Notes: generated by a model not told the origin, from the letters alone. A DNA stretch of 64,000 bases from Octopus sinensis (GCF_006345805.1 NC_043000.1:119164001-119228000); one strand, 5' to 3'; shown: positions 13,240 through 28,731, counted from the stretch's first letter. Made by a program: numbers and translations.

Positions 13240-13570
13240 TGTGTGAGATCACCAGCAACACTTACTTGCAAAAAATTTGAGTGCACATCTGCACAATGCC
13301 CTTAATATTGCAATGCTATTTACAAGACCGCATCTTTCGTGAATTCTGTAACCAAAATGAAGCGGTTGAACGCTTTGTAATTCACACAGAGATAAGACGG
13401 TTATGAAAAGGTAATTATCGGTGTCATTTTGTGGCACTTTGGTATACTGTTGTCTCATTCCAAGCTAACAACAATCTCAGCCGACAATGGTTGCAGCTAA
13501 ATGCGATATATTTTATTTATCAGATATATTTGATGAAATTAATTTGATTAACAAACAGCTCCAAGGAGAA
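13240..13570 (+). mobile_element. hAT (Charlie/ZBED5-like) transposase remnant; second copy at ~27435-27765
   Basis: HQQHLLAKNL..., HTEIRRL*KG (cf. HTEVRWLS.G) and YLSDIFDEINLINKQLQG across frameshifts. Confidence 0.65.
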
Positions 13571-13899
13571 AAACTCTGATCTCCTATCCTCCTAAGGAGC
13601 TATTACTGCATTTCTAGGGTAAGTACAAATCTAGAAGATAAATATTGTATGTTATGTATTATTACAATATGTATATATATACTAATTATATACGTTTTTA
13701 TTAATTTGCAATTTACTTAATCATTGACATTTTATTGTTATTTTAATTTTAATATTTCTATTACATGTAATATTCTAGATAGTGTAATTTAATTGTTAAT
13801 TTTGAATTGAAAAAAGTGGGGGGGTTTCTAATTTTTTATATATAAATTATATTGTGTGAAATTTGATTTAGTATTTCTAAATTGAATTTTTCTCCTCCT

Positions 13900-14545
<646 letters not shown>

Positions 14546-14821
14546 CATACACCTGATAGCTTCGTCGTTTCTTTACTACTCTGACATGTATAGATGTTTT
14601 CAACATTTTTCTCCCTGTAAACACATTTAATGGAATTATGATGCAATGATCCAAGGGAGGTCCACTGCTGGGATTTTAGCAAAAACACTGGACTGTCAGT
14701 ATTTTAAATTCTAAGTTTTTTTCCAAATCGAAAAAGAGAGAAACTTTTAGGATTTAAGAAGGCGGGTGTTAAAAAAGTGATTTTTAGTTATTAGCTCGTA
14801 ATTGTATGTATACCCGTCTGT

Positions 14822-15271
<450 letters not shown>

Positions 15272-15389
15272 ACGAACACAAATTCGCAAAAAGTTTCTTA
15301 AAATTCCAGAAATGGAAACATAGGGTTTATATGGGGTTATTAAACCAGAATTCCGCTCATTTCATACATATATGGTGGTTGTCTCCTCC

Positions 15390-15560
15390 TCCTTATGCAG
15401 ACTTTGACCGCCTCCTGTACCTACTTCTTCGAACCATTATGGCTCTGATGTGGCTTTTTAAACCAGACAAGGCTCTGAAAAGACACCCACATAGATTTGG
15501 ACCACCAAGAGCTGCCGATAAGTTCTGGGTTTTTGTGGATCTTAAAACGTGGATTCTTAG
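15390..15560 (-). mobile_element. Possible 3' end of an RTE-type LINE (C2H2-like motif); second copy at ~29610-29780
   Basis: NLCGCLFRALSGLKSHIRA resembles the C-terminal Zn-finger of RTE ORFs; short match only. Confidence 0.35.
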
Positions 15561-15830
15561 ATTCGCATATTTTGTTTGATATTTATGTTCATGCAATAAA
15601 AAATTTCAGTTGATTTCTTAAGAAACAATAAGAATATATTTCTATTTTTCAATTTATTCAGTTAAGCGTTAAAACATTATCAATTAAATAGAATGTTATG
15701 GAAAGTTGATTAAAACAAAATGTAAAAAAACTCTCACAGAATGGTTAGTTCATGAGAATAAATAAATATTTAAATAGTTCAATTGTAGTCCTTAAATACC
15801 ATCACTTATTTTGTTTTTTTTTTTCACATG

Positions 15831-16778
15831 TTATGTACATTTCCAACTTTTGAATTGAGAGATATTGTTCAATGGACTGGATTCTGAATCCATTGCAAAG
15901 CTTGAGACACAGTCACAATCCATACATCTTTATTGCGAGAACACTTCTTTCAGAAATTTCTTCAATGGTTTTAAATGTTCATAAGCCATGGTGAATGCAA
16001 AAATATACCGAAAGGCGCCTTATTTTTTTGTAATGGGCGATTAAAATTTCTCTCAAGAATTGTAGAACTTCCATTGGCTTTTTAGAAACTCTGCATGCAT
16101 CAGCATTGAACAAGGACTTCCTTCTGCTATTTGTACAAACGCGTAAGTGGACTTCCCATAATCCTGGATATGATTTCTCTGGACAGAATTTAAGTGTGCA
16201 ATATTTTTTGTTAACTGGGTAATCAAGTGTAAAGGGCCATGTCGGTACCTCTGCAGTAGAAGTAACCAATCCTGTTACCATCGAACTGTCATAAGAAAAT
16301 CCATATTCGGCCAAAGTTTCGAACTGAGCATCTTTTCCCAATGCAAAAACGTGTGAGCGCATTCCTCGAATATCGTTTTCGGCAATATTTGCCCTTATAC
16401 AAAGTTCTTTGTTTCATACCAACTATTTCATTGGTATAAACCACACACGACTGGCATTCAACCAGTAACTAACGGGAAGTTTATGCGTTATACTATGAGA
16501 TGCTATCTCATGTCCATTGTTATATAATTCTTTCACGCTGTTTATAATTAGTGTATAATCGCCGGAAACAAAAAATGTTGATTTGATAGGACAGCCGTTT
16601 GGATTGGTTATGCCAGAATTAAACAATCGTCTGTAATAAGCCATATTAACCTCATCAACTCCGTCGTCAAATGTCAATAGAATTATCTGCGGAGTTGCAT
16701 ACGTTGACAGTGAGCCTGGAATTTCAGGACCAGGACATTTACAATTCGGTAACTTGCAATATTCTGGACGACAGGGAC
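15831..16778 (-). pseudogene. CDA-A1 exon 2: chitin deacetylase catalytic domain, frameshifted as assembled (pseudogene or consensus errors)
   Basis: Co-linear with 30051..30995 with the same acceptor (16779). More than ten 1-2 bp indels relative to A2 split it into ORFs 16423..16677 and 15979..16362. Confidence 0.6.
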
Positions 16779-18329
16779 CTGCAAAGTAAAAACAAAAAAA
16801 AACATCAAATCAAAAGATGGACTCTATTTTTTAATAAAGGATACGAGCACATATGTCAATAACTCTTATATGGATTGAGACCTAGAGCCATTGATCTTTT
16901 ACAATAATAAAATAGAAAATAATAAAATAAATCATGAACAGTTTCAGTAAGAAGCATTGGTACGGGGAAGGGGGTAAAAATGCAACTATGTAAAGAATAG
17001 GAGAAATCTGTGGAATCAGAGAAATCTGCACAAAAATTTCATTTGTCGTGGCGAGAAAAAATAGGGTGTCGATTTTGAAGGTTGTTCTTCAACAGAGAAC
17101 GGATGCAGAATGAGCGGTGCTTTATATACATCGTATCTGCAGGGGCGTTTTTGGAGAAGTATATTTGGAAACCATGAACTGTCATTCACGAATCTGATTT
17201 CATATAACATGTTTTGCTTATAAAGAAAAATTTCTTATAAACATAGTTTTCTAGTTTTTAAACCTATTTGGAGTCATCGTTTTCGGTGACATTTTTATAT
17301 ATGGAAAATATTACAAAAAATACTTTCATTACAAGTTTTCGCTCTCATTGCTTCCGGTGGCTTTAGTTGTACATATTTAAGACCCAAAATTCCGATTTTC
17401 AGGGTTTACTTGAGCAATAAAAAGAATATAAAGAGAATTGCTCAAGAAAACAATCTGCCCTCCAATCCGAGAATGAAGCCATGACTTAATGATTATAAGC
17501 CCCGAGTCCTAGCAACAAAAACCACGCTTTACGAAGGCACATACGGTTTTTGTTTTATTTCAAGATCAAACCAGAATTGCAATCAATGAACTAAGTACAA
17601 GGTCCTAAACTAATCAAAATTTCATACTGATACCCACTAGAAATCTAAATTGTGCTAAACGAATTAAAATTCCAATTGATATCCGTTATCCTGCAAGTTT
17701 TACGCGAGGGATTTTAATCTACAATTTTGCAATTGGCAAAAGCACGTCATTAATCCCATCATCTGGGCACGGACTAGGTACTATTTACCACTGTGTTAAA
17801 TGCCAATGTCCATTATTCGCTTACTCAGAATAAGACTGGATCATTTCTATCTCAGTTTTTCAAATTTTGAGATAAAGTGAAACATTTTCAAATTTGGTAT
17901 AGATATAATTTATAACATTGGATCTGATTTTGTTGATCACATATTCCAGAAAAAGTTTAGAAATATGTTACAGAGGTTTAAAAGTTGGATAATTTTTACC
18001 CAATCAGGAACAGGATTTGGACGTTGGCATTTTCTGTCTAATAGCTGTCTATCATAATATTACGACTACGAATTTATATTACACAAAATGAAGCGAAACT
18101 AAGGTGGAAGTTGTAAAAAGGTTGGAATTTTTAAAATGTTTTAATGAATAAAGTGAACGGTGGAATACGTATTAAACAATTTTAAAAAGAAAAAACCTCA
18201 ATGAAAAGTTTTTGTGGAAAATTACAAAAAAATAAGTCTGTACTCTATACCATAGTATAGCTTATTTCATATAAACAATACATTTTTATAGCGAAAATTC
18301 AATATGAAAATTACAATTTTCGTATCACT

Positions 18330-18790
18330 TGCGCCATAAGCTCGCAAATACGAGTCATAGAACGATGGATCCCATCGATAGACGTATGCATTCATCAAGC
18401 GTGCCCTGACTCCGAGATGGCACCGAATAAAGAAAACGTCATGTCTGGTCTCGCGACACACACCTCCAAAAACTAACTGCTCAGGTAGAAAACACCCTTC
18501 TTCGGTTGTATTTACATCTTGACTTTTTCGTCTATCTCAACAATTTTCCCAGGGACCACCTATCTGAACTGGGTTGCAGAGCAGGTCCTCCGTACATAGC
18601 TGTTGAAATAAATGTGTGCAGTTGTTCAGAACGGGACTGAAGTCAATTTCTTGACCCACGAGTAATGGAAAAGCAGTACAGTCCCAAGAGGAGGAGTGCC
18701 ACCTTCCAAGTACGCATCCTTAACTGCATCCTCTCGATTTTCAATTTCTCTAACATACTCGAAAGATTAGGTTGCTATTTAGGTTGAAAA
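18330..18790 (-). mobile_element. Merlin (IS1016/IS1595-related) transposase remnant in the CDA-A1 intron; second copy at ~32545-33000 in the A2 intron
   Basis: Frameshifted QIGGPGKIVEIDE...KYNRRRV...QLVFGGVCRETR...D..LRAY matches the Merlin DDE signature. Confidence 0.75.
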
Positions 18791-19787
18791 GGTTCAGAAA
18801 AACACTCAGTTCAAAATTATGTAAATGCGGTGGTAACGGAACAGCAACCGAAAATACCCATTTCTTAAAAAAGACACACAGGTGACAATGACAAACATTT
18901 GATAATACAAACGTTCAGAAGATAGGCACTCGTCAAAGAAAATAGACAGAATAAAATGCACATGGTTGTATTAGCAGACAATTGCATGGCTGTTACTGTG
19001 GAAACAAACAAAGTGTCTGTGGCGTTCGACTGGCTAAAATTACCCAAAATTTGCAAATTTTATAAGCTACTAACTTTTTATTTATTAAATTATAGCAAAA
19101 ATGGCTTCCAATTCCATAATTAGCATACAAAATTATATCAGTACACCAAATTTTAAAATGATTGGAAGAAAAACTTTTTAAAAATAGAAAACTGGCAGAA
19201 ACAGAAAAGATCCAAACTTCTCGTGGTTTTAGATGAAAATAACCATGCCTCAGTATCAGAACGATTAATTAGACAAATAAAAACATTTTTAAAAATCATT
19301 TCAGCATCTTTTACCATAAATGGATAAGATTTTGAAGTTTGGGAATAGAAGCTCCGTCAAAGTCTCATGCCACGCAGAAAGGAAAATGGATAAAATTTTT
19401 CTTACATTTTTTTTTTTTTAGTATTTCTGTATTTCATACAACAATAATTACGATTCTGCAAATTCCTTTCCCCCAAAATTTCAATCTCCCACAATTTTTT
19501 ACCTTCTCTACTCTTTACCTTCCCCATAAGGTATGGAAATTCGAGGAATTGCTTTTCTAAAATTCCGCCAAGAGTTTTAAATAGTGAACTCGTTAGAAAT
19601 AACATGTTACGTTTGATTACAATGTTACGTATGCTTGACATAATATATTGCTTAAATTTTCATTCCAAATGAATAACTTCAATACTTCGACGTTTTCACA
19701 AAACTCATAGCTACATATCTAACTCGTATCTAAAATCTACATGTCTACAAATCGAGCTGTATCTAAAATAATCTATTTAACATATAT

Positions 19788-20228
19788 ATGTTTCTTTATT
19801 ACCCACAAGGGGCTAAACACAGAGGGGACAAAGAAGGACAGACAAACGGATTAAGTCGATTACATCGACCCCAGTGCGTAACTGGTACTTAATTTATCGA
19901 CCCGAAAGGATGAAAGGCAAAGTCGACCTCGGTGGAATTTGAACTCACAACGTAACGGCAGACGAAATACGGCTACGCATTTCGCCCGGCGTGCTAACGT
20001 TTCTGCCATCTCGCCGCCCTAAAATATGTTTCTTTACTACTCACAAGGGGCTAAACACAGAGAGGGCAAACAAGGACGGACAAATGGATTAAGTCGATTA
20101 CATCGACCTCAGTGCGTAACTGGTACTTAATTTACGTTCTGAGTTCAAATTAAGTACCAGTTACGCACTTCGCCCGACGGCTACGCATTTCGCCCGACGT
20201 GCTAACGTTTCTGCCAGCTCGCCGCCTT
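19788..20228 (-). mobile_element. SINE family A dimer in the CDA-A1 intron (second copy at 34021-34460); one monomer rearranged
   Basis: Reverse complement of family A twice, flanked by TCTATTTAACAT direct repeats. Confidence 0.85.
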
Positions 20229-20590
20229 TCTATTTAACATGTATACAAGATCGTTAACAGGTGGAGAATTATAATTTGAACAGTAAACTCATTAATGCTT
20301 TGTACCGTTTAATATTTTAAAGAAAGGTCGTCTGTAAGATGCAAAATGCTTACATAAAACAATATATAATTGCTTGGAGTAAGAAATATTCTAAGCTTAA
20401 AAGGTAAGAGAAAGAACAGCAGTTTTGAATAAATACCAAATTCAGAGTGTTGTAAACTGGATTATATATAACTCTAGTTCGACAATCAGAGATCACTTAT
20501 TTCTTATTGAGTTACTACTGTGGCAAGAGATAAAAACTTCACTGAAAGAAGAGATTTGGTACATAAAATTCTTGAAAATATATTACTCAC

Positions 20591-21125
20591 CAGTGAGTTG
20601 TGGTTTCTTGGTAGTTTGAGGATGAGTTGATGGTTTCTTGATAGTTTGAGGATGAGTTGATGGTTTCTTTGTAGTTTGAGGATGAGTTGATGGTTTAGAA
20701 GTAGTTTGAGGATGAGTTGATGGTTTAGAAGTAGTGGTTGACAAAATTTTACTTAGTAATGAACTTCGCTTGAAAGTAACTCTGTGAGTGGTAACTACAG
20801 ACTTTGTAGGTGGTTTGGCAGTAGCTCCAACATCATTGGTGGTTTTTGACTGATCTCTCTGTGATTTGCAATGGTCAACGCCTGGCCAGACACAGACTTT
20901 AAGGCTTGGATTGAATTCTAGTCCTTTACCACAATTTTTCAATATACCGTGTTTAGGTCCTGTACAATGATAGAATTTGGAATCGTCTGTTTCATGGCAC
21001 TTATAGTCACCGGTTTCTGTACAGCTTTCCTGAGAATATGATGGAATAATAAATAAAACATGGAGCAAAATTAATGACAGCCAAAATGTGTGTTGGCGTC
21101 TCTGGTAAAAACCTTGAAAGCCCAT
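20591..21125 (-). CDS. CDA-A1 exon 1: signal peptide + CBM14 + Thr/Ser/Pro-rich linker
   Basis: ORF 20583..21125 is the same length as the A2 exon with the same G|GTGAGT phase-1 donor. It differs by four substitutions I could see (GLEF/GLAF, TIKK/TTKK and two silent). Confidence 0.85.
20600..20740 (-). repeat. 30-bp coding tandem repeat (TT[S/K]KPSTHPQ x4 plus partial), mucin-like linker; second copy at ~34835-34975
   Basis: GTAGTTTGAGGATGAGTTGATGGTTT repeated every 30 nt. Confidence 0.9.
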
Positions 21126-24100
21126 TTCGATGAACTATTTGTCAATATAAATGTATATATATATATATATTGATTAAAGTGTTAAGCAGAAAGTCTGAAA
21201 CTTAGGCTGCGACTGAAATTGTTTGATTTCTTCATCGCTTTTAAACACTTTGTAGCGTAAAACAAACCACAATGGCTATTAACGGGGAAGCGGGGGGAAA
21301 CAGGTATTAATAACCAGTCAGGAAGTATCGCCCACCATTTTCTCTCACGATCAGTGCAGAGAAGAGCCCTGTTGTAAAGAAAGATAGAGAGCAGGTGAGA
21401 GAGAGAAAGGAAGAGTGAGAGAGAGTGAAAAGGAGAGAGAAAGAGAGAGAGAGCAGGTTTGTGACAGATTTTTTCCTATTTTTGAGAAGAGAATTGCTTG
21501 AGAGTGTAAGGTAGAGTGCAATGTCATGCTTCACAAAGACGTTTTAATTGCAGAAACTACTTCTCAAAATTAGTATCTTAGTATCCTCTATACCAGTGAT
21601 TACCAAAATTTTTCAGTACCAAGTACCCCTTTTATTTGAATGAGTTTTCCAACGGACCCAATGATATTGAAAGGTTTCTCAGCTTAACGTGTTTACAGAT
21701 CCCTAGTAACTCCTTTGCGAACAACCCACATATACGATATTCTCGGGCACTGCACAATCGCATGCAGAGCCACAGGTCAAGCTCAGTCATGCGTTGAAAG
21801 AAAGAATTTGGCCTAGAGACTTAAAACATTTTTCTATCAATCTCTTTATACATTAATACTTTAGAGACACACAAGCACTCACACACTAGCAGATACATAC
21901 ATACATACATACATACATACATACATACATACATACATACATACATACATACATACATACATACATACATACATACGCACACACATACATAGGAATATCC
22001 TGTTGTTTCCCTGTTGTGTCTGTCCCCCCAAAAGCAGCTACAAATTTTTAATTGAATTACTTGGTGTCTCTTAAGTGACAAAATCTATTTTTAATGATAA
22101 AAAGTGGATCCATTACAGTTTTTAAGAAGCCAAGACACTTTTACATATTGATTGCTAGGAGGTGAGGCGCGCCTAGCCTTCTTAGCAAGGGGCTCCAATA
22201 TCGAGATACCTTGGGCAATTGCTCTTTCTGGGCCCCTATAAATCCTTTGAAATATATACACACACAAATAATGATGTAAACTGATTTGGTCACTTAAACG
22301 ATATGAATCTCTTTTTATGAAATTACCAATTTTCAATACCCATTCCCCCCACTACAACTTCGCTTTGTCTAAAGCAAGATACGACAAGGAAATTACTTTT
22401 CTTAGTCCTGACAGTACAGCACTTAATTATAGAAAAAGTAATGAGATTTTAAGTGATAGACGGATTACAAACTTACTTGGTCGGGAAAACATACCAACTA
22501 GAAAAGCATCCAGCTAACCCATCAATTTGAATTTTTAAAAAATAAGCAACAACAGGAAATTAGATGCTACAACAAGAACTTTGGTTTAGATAATAAGGGT
22601 AGTGGAGGGAATGGACAAGTTGCTTGAGCCGGTAAGCATATGAAAAATACTGGTAATAGAGTCATACCTAATAATCAAGTCATGATTTTGAAAGGCGTTG
22701 AGAGAACAGGTAGATTCCGCCCTTACATGCGCCGTAAGTCTGAAAATAAGGACTTGATCTGGTATAACGTTCCCTTCAACTGTGCCATATCCATAAACAT
22801 ATAATGGAAATCTATGACAATTTTAGAAAAAAACTTTCCTGCTTCCCATAGATACAACAGAATTTTTTCCCGTAAGAGAGAATTTCATACTCTACTCTCC
22901 CAAATATGGGTACCATCATAGCAAGGTCAAATAAAAAGAATATTAAATTAGCAAGAAGTAGTAATAATAATAATGTTAGGAGAGTATTGTAGTTCGTTTG
23001 AAGCATTGTGTATTGTTTGTAAAGAATAAAAAGTTTTGAATGGTATAACAATGCACTATAATACAAGCAATGGGCTATATATCATCCATAGTCTGATATG
23101 ATATTTCGGAATAATATTCCTTCTTCAGATATTCTTAGATGGAGTCGCTGCTATAATCGGTTTTCCAACGGCTTTTCTTTTTTCTTTTCTTTTTTTTTGA
23201 AGCGTCTCAGCAGTGGTCTCACGATGCTCCTTCCGGAATTCCTCATGAGAAGTGCATGAGGTTGGCCATGTCTCAATCTCGTGTGTGCTGGTGCATCCGT
23301 AGCGCTGCTTCTAAGTTACGTATTATACGTATTATACGCAGCTTCCTTTTTTCCCTTCTTTTTTTCTTTTTTTTTTTTCTTATAAACAACAGATGAACAT
23401 ATTATCAAAAGTGAGCCTACACGCATCCAGATGTATATAAATAATGTATTGATTACCAATCTCCAGCCTGTTGTTAATTTGGGGCCCTAGTCTGCGTATG
23501 AGTATAACTTCCTTAATTCTTAAATTACCCAAAATGTCTTTCCTTGGCCTCAATTGTGACTGTTATGCTTTTGTCGGTGTTCCGGCATCTGGCTAGATGT
23601 TTTCTGAAGGAGGAAGCTCTCGTGTTCAGATGTTCTTTGATGCGGACGTGTAACGATCTTGTGCTACTCACATAGAACTTGTTGCATTTGTTACATTGTA
23701 TTCTATACACAACATTAACCCGTTGGCATAAATCTGTCACGGATGGGACAAGTTTGTTAGTGTACGTTGATTGTTGTCCCTTGTCAACACTAACTTGAAC
23801 CCCTCCAATGTGAATAATAATATTAATGTTGACGTAGAAAATAGAAACAGCAGTACCAATGCTTCTAATATATACAATATAGACTGTAGCCCTGAGGTCT
23901 ATACTAGCACAGGGATTACTGATTCGCCTGATTATGCTGGAATGAGTGTGAATGATACAACAATTGAAGGATGGAGAGATATAGCCGGATATGAAAATTA
24001 TACATACAATATTAGTAGCATGGTTAATATTAATAGTAATGTTAATAACAATAATGGTATGAATATCAATAATATTAATAGTAGTAATTTTCCTAGTTGT

Positions 24101-27061
24101 AATTGTAGGGTTAAATCTGACTGTCCATTATTAGGCCGATGTCTAATCCAAAACGTAATCTATATGTGTACTATCACAACTGTAGCTGGTAACTGGTAAC
24201 TTAGCTTCTTCTCCTCTCTTCTTCTTCTTCTTCTTCTTCTTCTTCTTCTTCTTCTTCTTCTTCTTCTTCTTCTTCTTCTTCTTCTTCTTCTCCTTCTTCT
24301 TCATCATCATCATATACAGGATATTCAATAAATATGAAAAAATGCATTAATAACCATTTTTCATCTTTTAGGCTAAAAAATAAGGCCAATTGTACGTCCT
24401 TATCTAGCAAGATTTGGGAAATGAAGGAAAGCGGAATCGGATTTAGCTTTAAATGGGATAGTATAAAGAAAGCGCAACTTTATAGAGACGGTCGGTATGG
24501 GTGCGAGCTGTGCTCTATGGAAACTTATGAAATTTTTAAGTATAGGGACAAGAGCAACTTGGTTAATTATAGATTATACCTAAGGGTATCATGCGTACAT
24601 AGTGTTACCCGTACATTTAAGTATTTTCGAAATTAGCGTTTATAGGTGCTGCACTTGAACCTGGACACGAGAAATTAATTTTAGTGTCGTATATGATGTG
24701 AACTTACCCTCTAGTACTATATATAATAAGTTATATATATTTTCTTACTGTTCTCTATAATTTCTTATTATTGCGTTTTCTTATTTTGATATCTTTACCT
24801 ATTAACTTCTCATCTCTTGTAAGTTATTAATGTTCATAAAGAGAAATATAAACTTTGTAGTTACTTGAGTCTAGAAGAGTTGATTATAACTTGCCCATTT
24901 CTGTATATTTGCATGTGTGCACATAGTTAAATATGTGTATGTATCTATGCACAACTTATTTTTCTGATTTGTTTCTTCTGATTCTTAGCTTATAACTAAT
25001 ATGAAGATAGCATGATTTATGGCACCAGTATTCCATAAGTAAATACCAAGAGCAATCTTTATAGAAATCACCTCATAAATAAATAATTAAGTACAGGTAT
25101 GAATATTAAACTAATTCTATGTAATCTTCCCTTTCTAATGTTGAAAATTGATATATATATATATAGGCGCAGGAGTGGCTATGTGGTAAGTAGCTTGTTT
25201 ACCAACCACATGGCTCTGGGTTCAGTCCCACTGCGTGACACTTTGGGCAAGTGTCTTCTACTATAGCCTCGGGCCGACCAAAGCCTTGTGAGTGGATTTG
25301 GTAGACGGAAACTGATAGAAGCCCGTCGTATATATGTATATATATATGTGTGCGTGTGTGTGTTTGTCCCCCTACCATTGCTTGACAACCGATGCTGGTG
25401 TGTTTATGTCCCCGTTACTTAGCGGTTCGGCAAAAGAGACCGATAGAAAAAGTACTGGGCTTACAAAAGAATAAGTCTCGGGGTCGAGTTACTCGATTAA
25501 AGGCGGTCCTCCAGCATGGCAGCAGTCAAATGATTGAAACAAATAAAAGAGAGTAAAGAGTAAGAGATATATATACACAGTTTATCTATTCTGGTTATAA
25601 TATCATTTTTAGTAATCTTCAGTTTTATCTTCAACAACATAACAATATTGATTATATACAATCATCCTTTGTAACCCATGATAATTTCCTCTGTATTAAC
25701 ATCATAGGTTTTATTAGCGTCTTGCCCCTTTAACTGGTAATTAACATCTTGATTTAGGGTCTTATGACCACACCCAATACTTATGACCACACCCAACAAT
25801 AAACTGTCAACTCACTCTGTCTATCCAGATACACTGTCCTCTAGCCTTAGATTGGATAGTTGACTAATAAATTAAAAGTGAACCACAATCATTCACAAGC
25901 TATGACCCTAACAAACTTCATAGTTCTTAGGAGTGTAGTATATTCTGAGTCGCATTAGTAGCAACAAGGACTTTCTCCCTCCTCTTGCTGTTAGAGAATT
26001 TGAGTAAAATTATATTAATCGTCCAACTGATTAAAAATATCTACTTATTTATGAAGCTGAGAATAGCCTTGCATTTAAATTAATGTCATGATTGCATTAT
26101 TCAATTAAATGGAACCGCTTGAAACGGTTGTACTGCATCACTACTTGACATCCCGTTGCTTATTTTGATTTTATTCACCTTACTTTGAGCTGTACGGATA
26201 ACACTGCACTGGCTTGGTGCTTCGGACTTAACTCATGGCGGGGACCCATTATATATTCAGTGGACCCATTATACACAAGAATTAAAGTCTTAGAAAATTA
26301 CCAAATTTAAATCTCAAAACCCATCAATTTCTAATAATTGAATTTGGTGAGTTAGCAGAGAGTTTAAATAAATGACTGAAAATATCGATTCATAGATACA
26401 CTTTTGTAAATTTCAAATTTTGCTTTTCACACATCCACTTGTGGTGTTTGAATTTTCCTTCATTGTGAAAAGTACAATGAAGGAAAGGTGAGTGGGGTAA
26501 GACTGCTTCGTTTTAATGTGAGTTTCATATGTTTCAGAATGTAGCATAAGATAAAATGACAGAAAATTACGAAAAAGAAGAAACACATTTTTGTGGTTGT
26601 TGCTGTTGCTGTTGAGCGTAACGGTCTTCGTCCAGTGGGAGAAGTCCGAAACGTGGTCCTTTGCTATTCATAAGACCCGCAGAAGAGAAAGCAGATCAAC
26701 CCCGACACCGAGAGCATCGACGGATGGATGAATGCGCATCCAGGTTCGCATCCAGGTTCGGCGGTTGCGTAGGAAGTCGGGGATAAGAAACAGGAAGAAA
26801 GAGTGAAAGAAAGTTGGAGCGATAGAGTACAACAGAGGTCACCACCACCCTCTGCTTAAGCCTCGTGGAGCTTTAGGCGTTTTCGCTCAATAAACACACA
26901 CAACGCCCGGTCTGGGAATCGAAACCGTGATCCTCCGACCGTGAGTCCGCTGCCCTAACCATTGGGCCATTGCGCCTCCACTGTGGTTCTTGCTGTTACA
27001 AAAACATGATGCGCCCGCACGCGTATGTGTGTGTGTGTATGTGTGTGTGTGTGTGTGTATG

Positions 27062-27095
<34 letters not shown>

Positions 27096-28109
27096 ACAGA
27101 AAGAGAGAGAGAGAGAGTGGGGTGAAGATACCAACATTTAAAAGACAGGAATTTTAAAATTTTGTTTTTTCTTCCCTTCATTGTTTTGCAATGCGTGAAA
27201 AAAAAAAGCGAGGAACACCCGACAAAAACAGGTAAAATTAAAACAACTATTTCCAAAAGTCTGTTTTTTCCAGTTTCCAGCCAGAGGAGGTGGGGCTTAA
27301 TGAATAATATTTACTGAATCTTTGACTTTCAAGAAAATATATTTTATGTAAATGTTCACTACTTTGCCAAAACTATTTGGCAGATACACAGGTTTTATTG
27401 CCTATTAAACAAACGCTGTATTTTGTATACAATGTGTGAGATCACCAGCAACACTTACTTGCAAAAAATTTGAGTGCACATCTGCACAATGCCCTTAATA
27501 TTGCAATGCTATTTACAAGACCGCATCTTTCGTGAATTCTGTAACCAAAATGAAGCGGTTGAACGCTTTGTAATTCACACAGAGATAAGACGGTTATGAA
27601 AAGGTAATTATCGGTGTCATTTTGTGGCACTTTGGTATACTGTTGTCTCATTCCAAGCTAACAACAATCTCAGCCGACAAATGGTTGCAGCTAAATGCGA
27701 TATATTTTATTTATCAGATATATTTGATGAAATTAATTTGATTAACAAACAGCTCCAAGGAGAAAAACTCTGATCTCCTATCCTCCTAAGGAGCTATTAC
27801 TGCATTTCTAGGGTAAGTACAAATCTAGAAGATAAATATTGTATGTTATGTATTATTACAATATGTATATATATACTAATTATATACGTTTTTATTAATT
27901 TTGCAATTTACTTAATCATTGACATTTTATTGTTATTTTAATTTTAATATTTCTATTACATGTAATATTCTAGATAGTGTAATTTAATTGTTAATTTTGA
28001 ATTGAAAAAAGTGGGTGGGGGGGGGTTTCTAATTTTTTATATATAAATTATATTGTGTGAAATTTGATTTAGTATTTCTAAATTGAATTTTTCTCCTCCT
28101 AAGTATAAT

Positions 28110-28149
<40 letters not shown>

Positions 28150-28170
28150 CACACACATATATATATATAC

Positions 28171-28363
<193 letters not shown>

Positions 28364-28583
28364 TGTATATATGTATGTATATATATACATATATATCAGC
28401 CGAAATTGCGAGGATGATCCGGTTCTTGACTGAAGATTGAAGGCTTCGAATGTCCCGTCCGTGTTTTTTGTATCGTCTTCTAAATGTTTTACGTTCTTGT
28501 TCCAGTTTGTATTTTTCTACATACAATATATATATGTATGTATATATATATACATACATATTCATATATATATGTACATATAC

Positions 28584-28636
<53 letters not shown>

Positions 28637-28731
28637 TATATGTATATATATATAATTATATATAGGTATGTATATATATGCACATATATATATATGTATG
28701 TATATATATATGTATGTATATATATATACAT

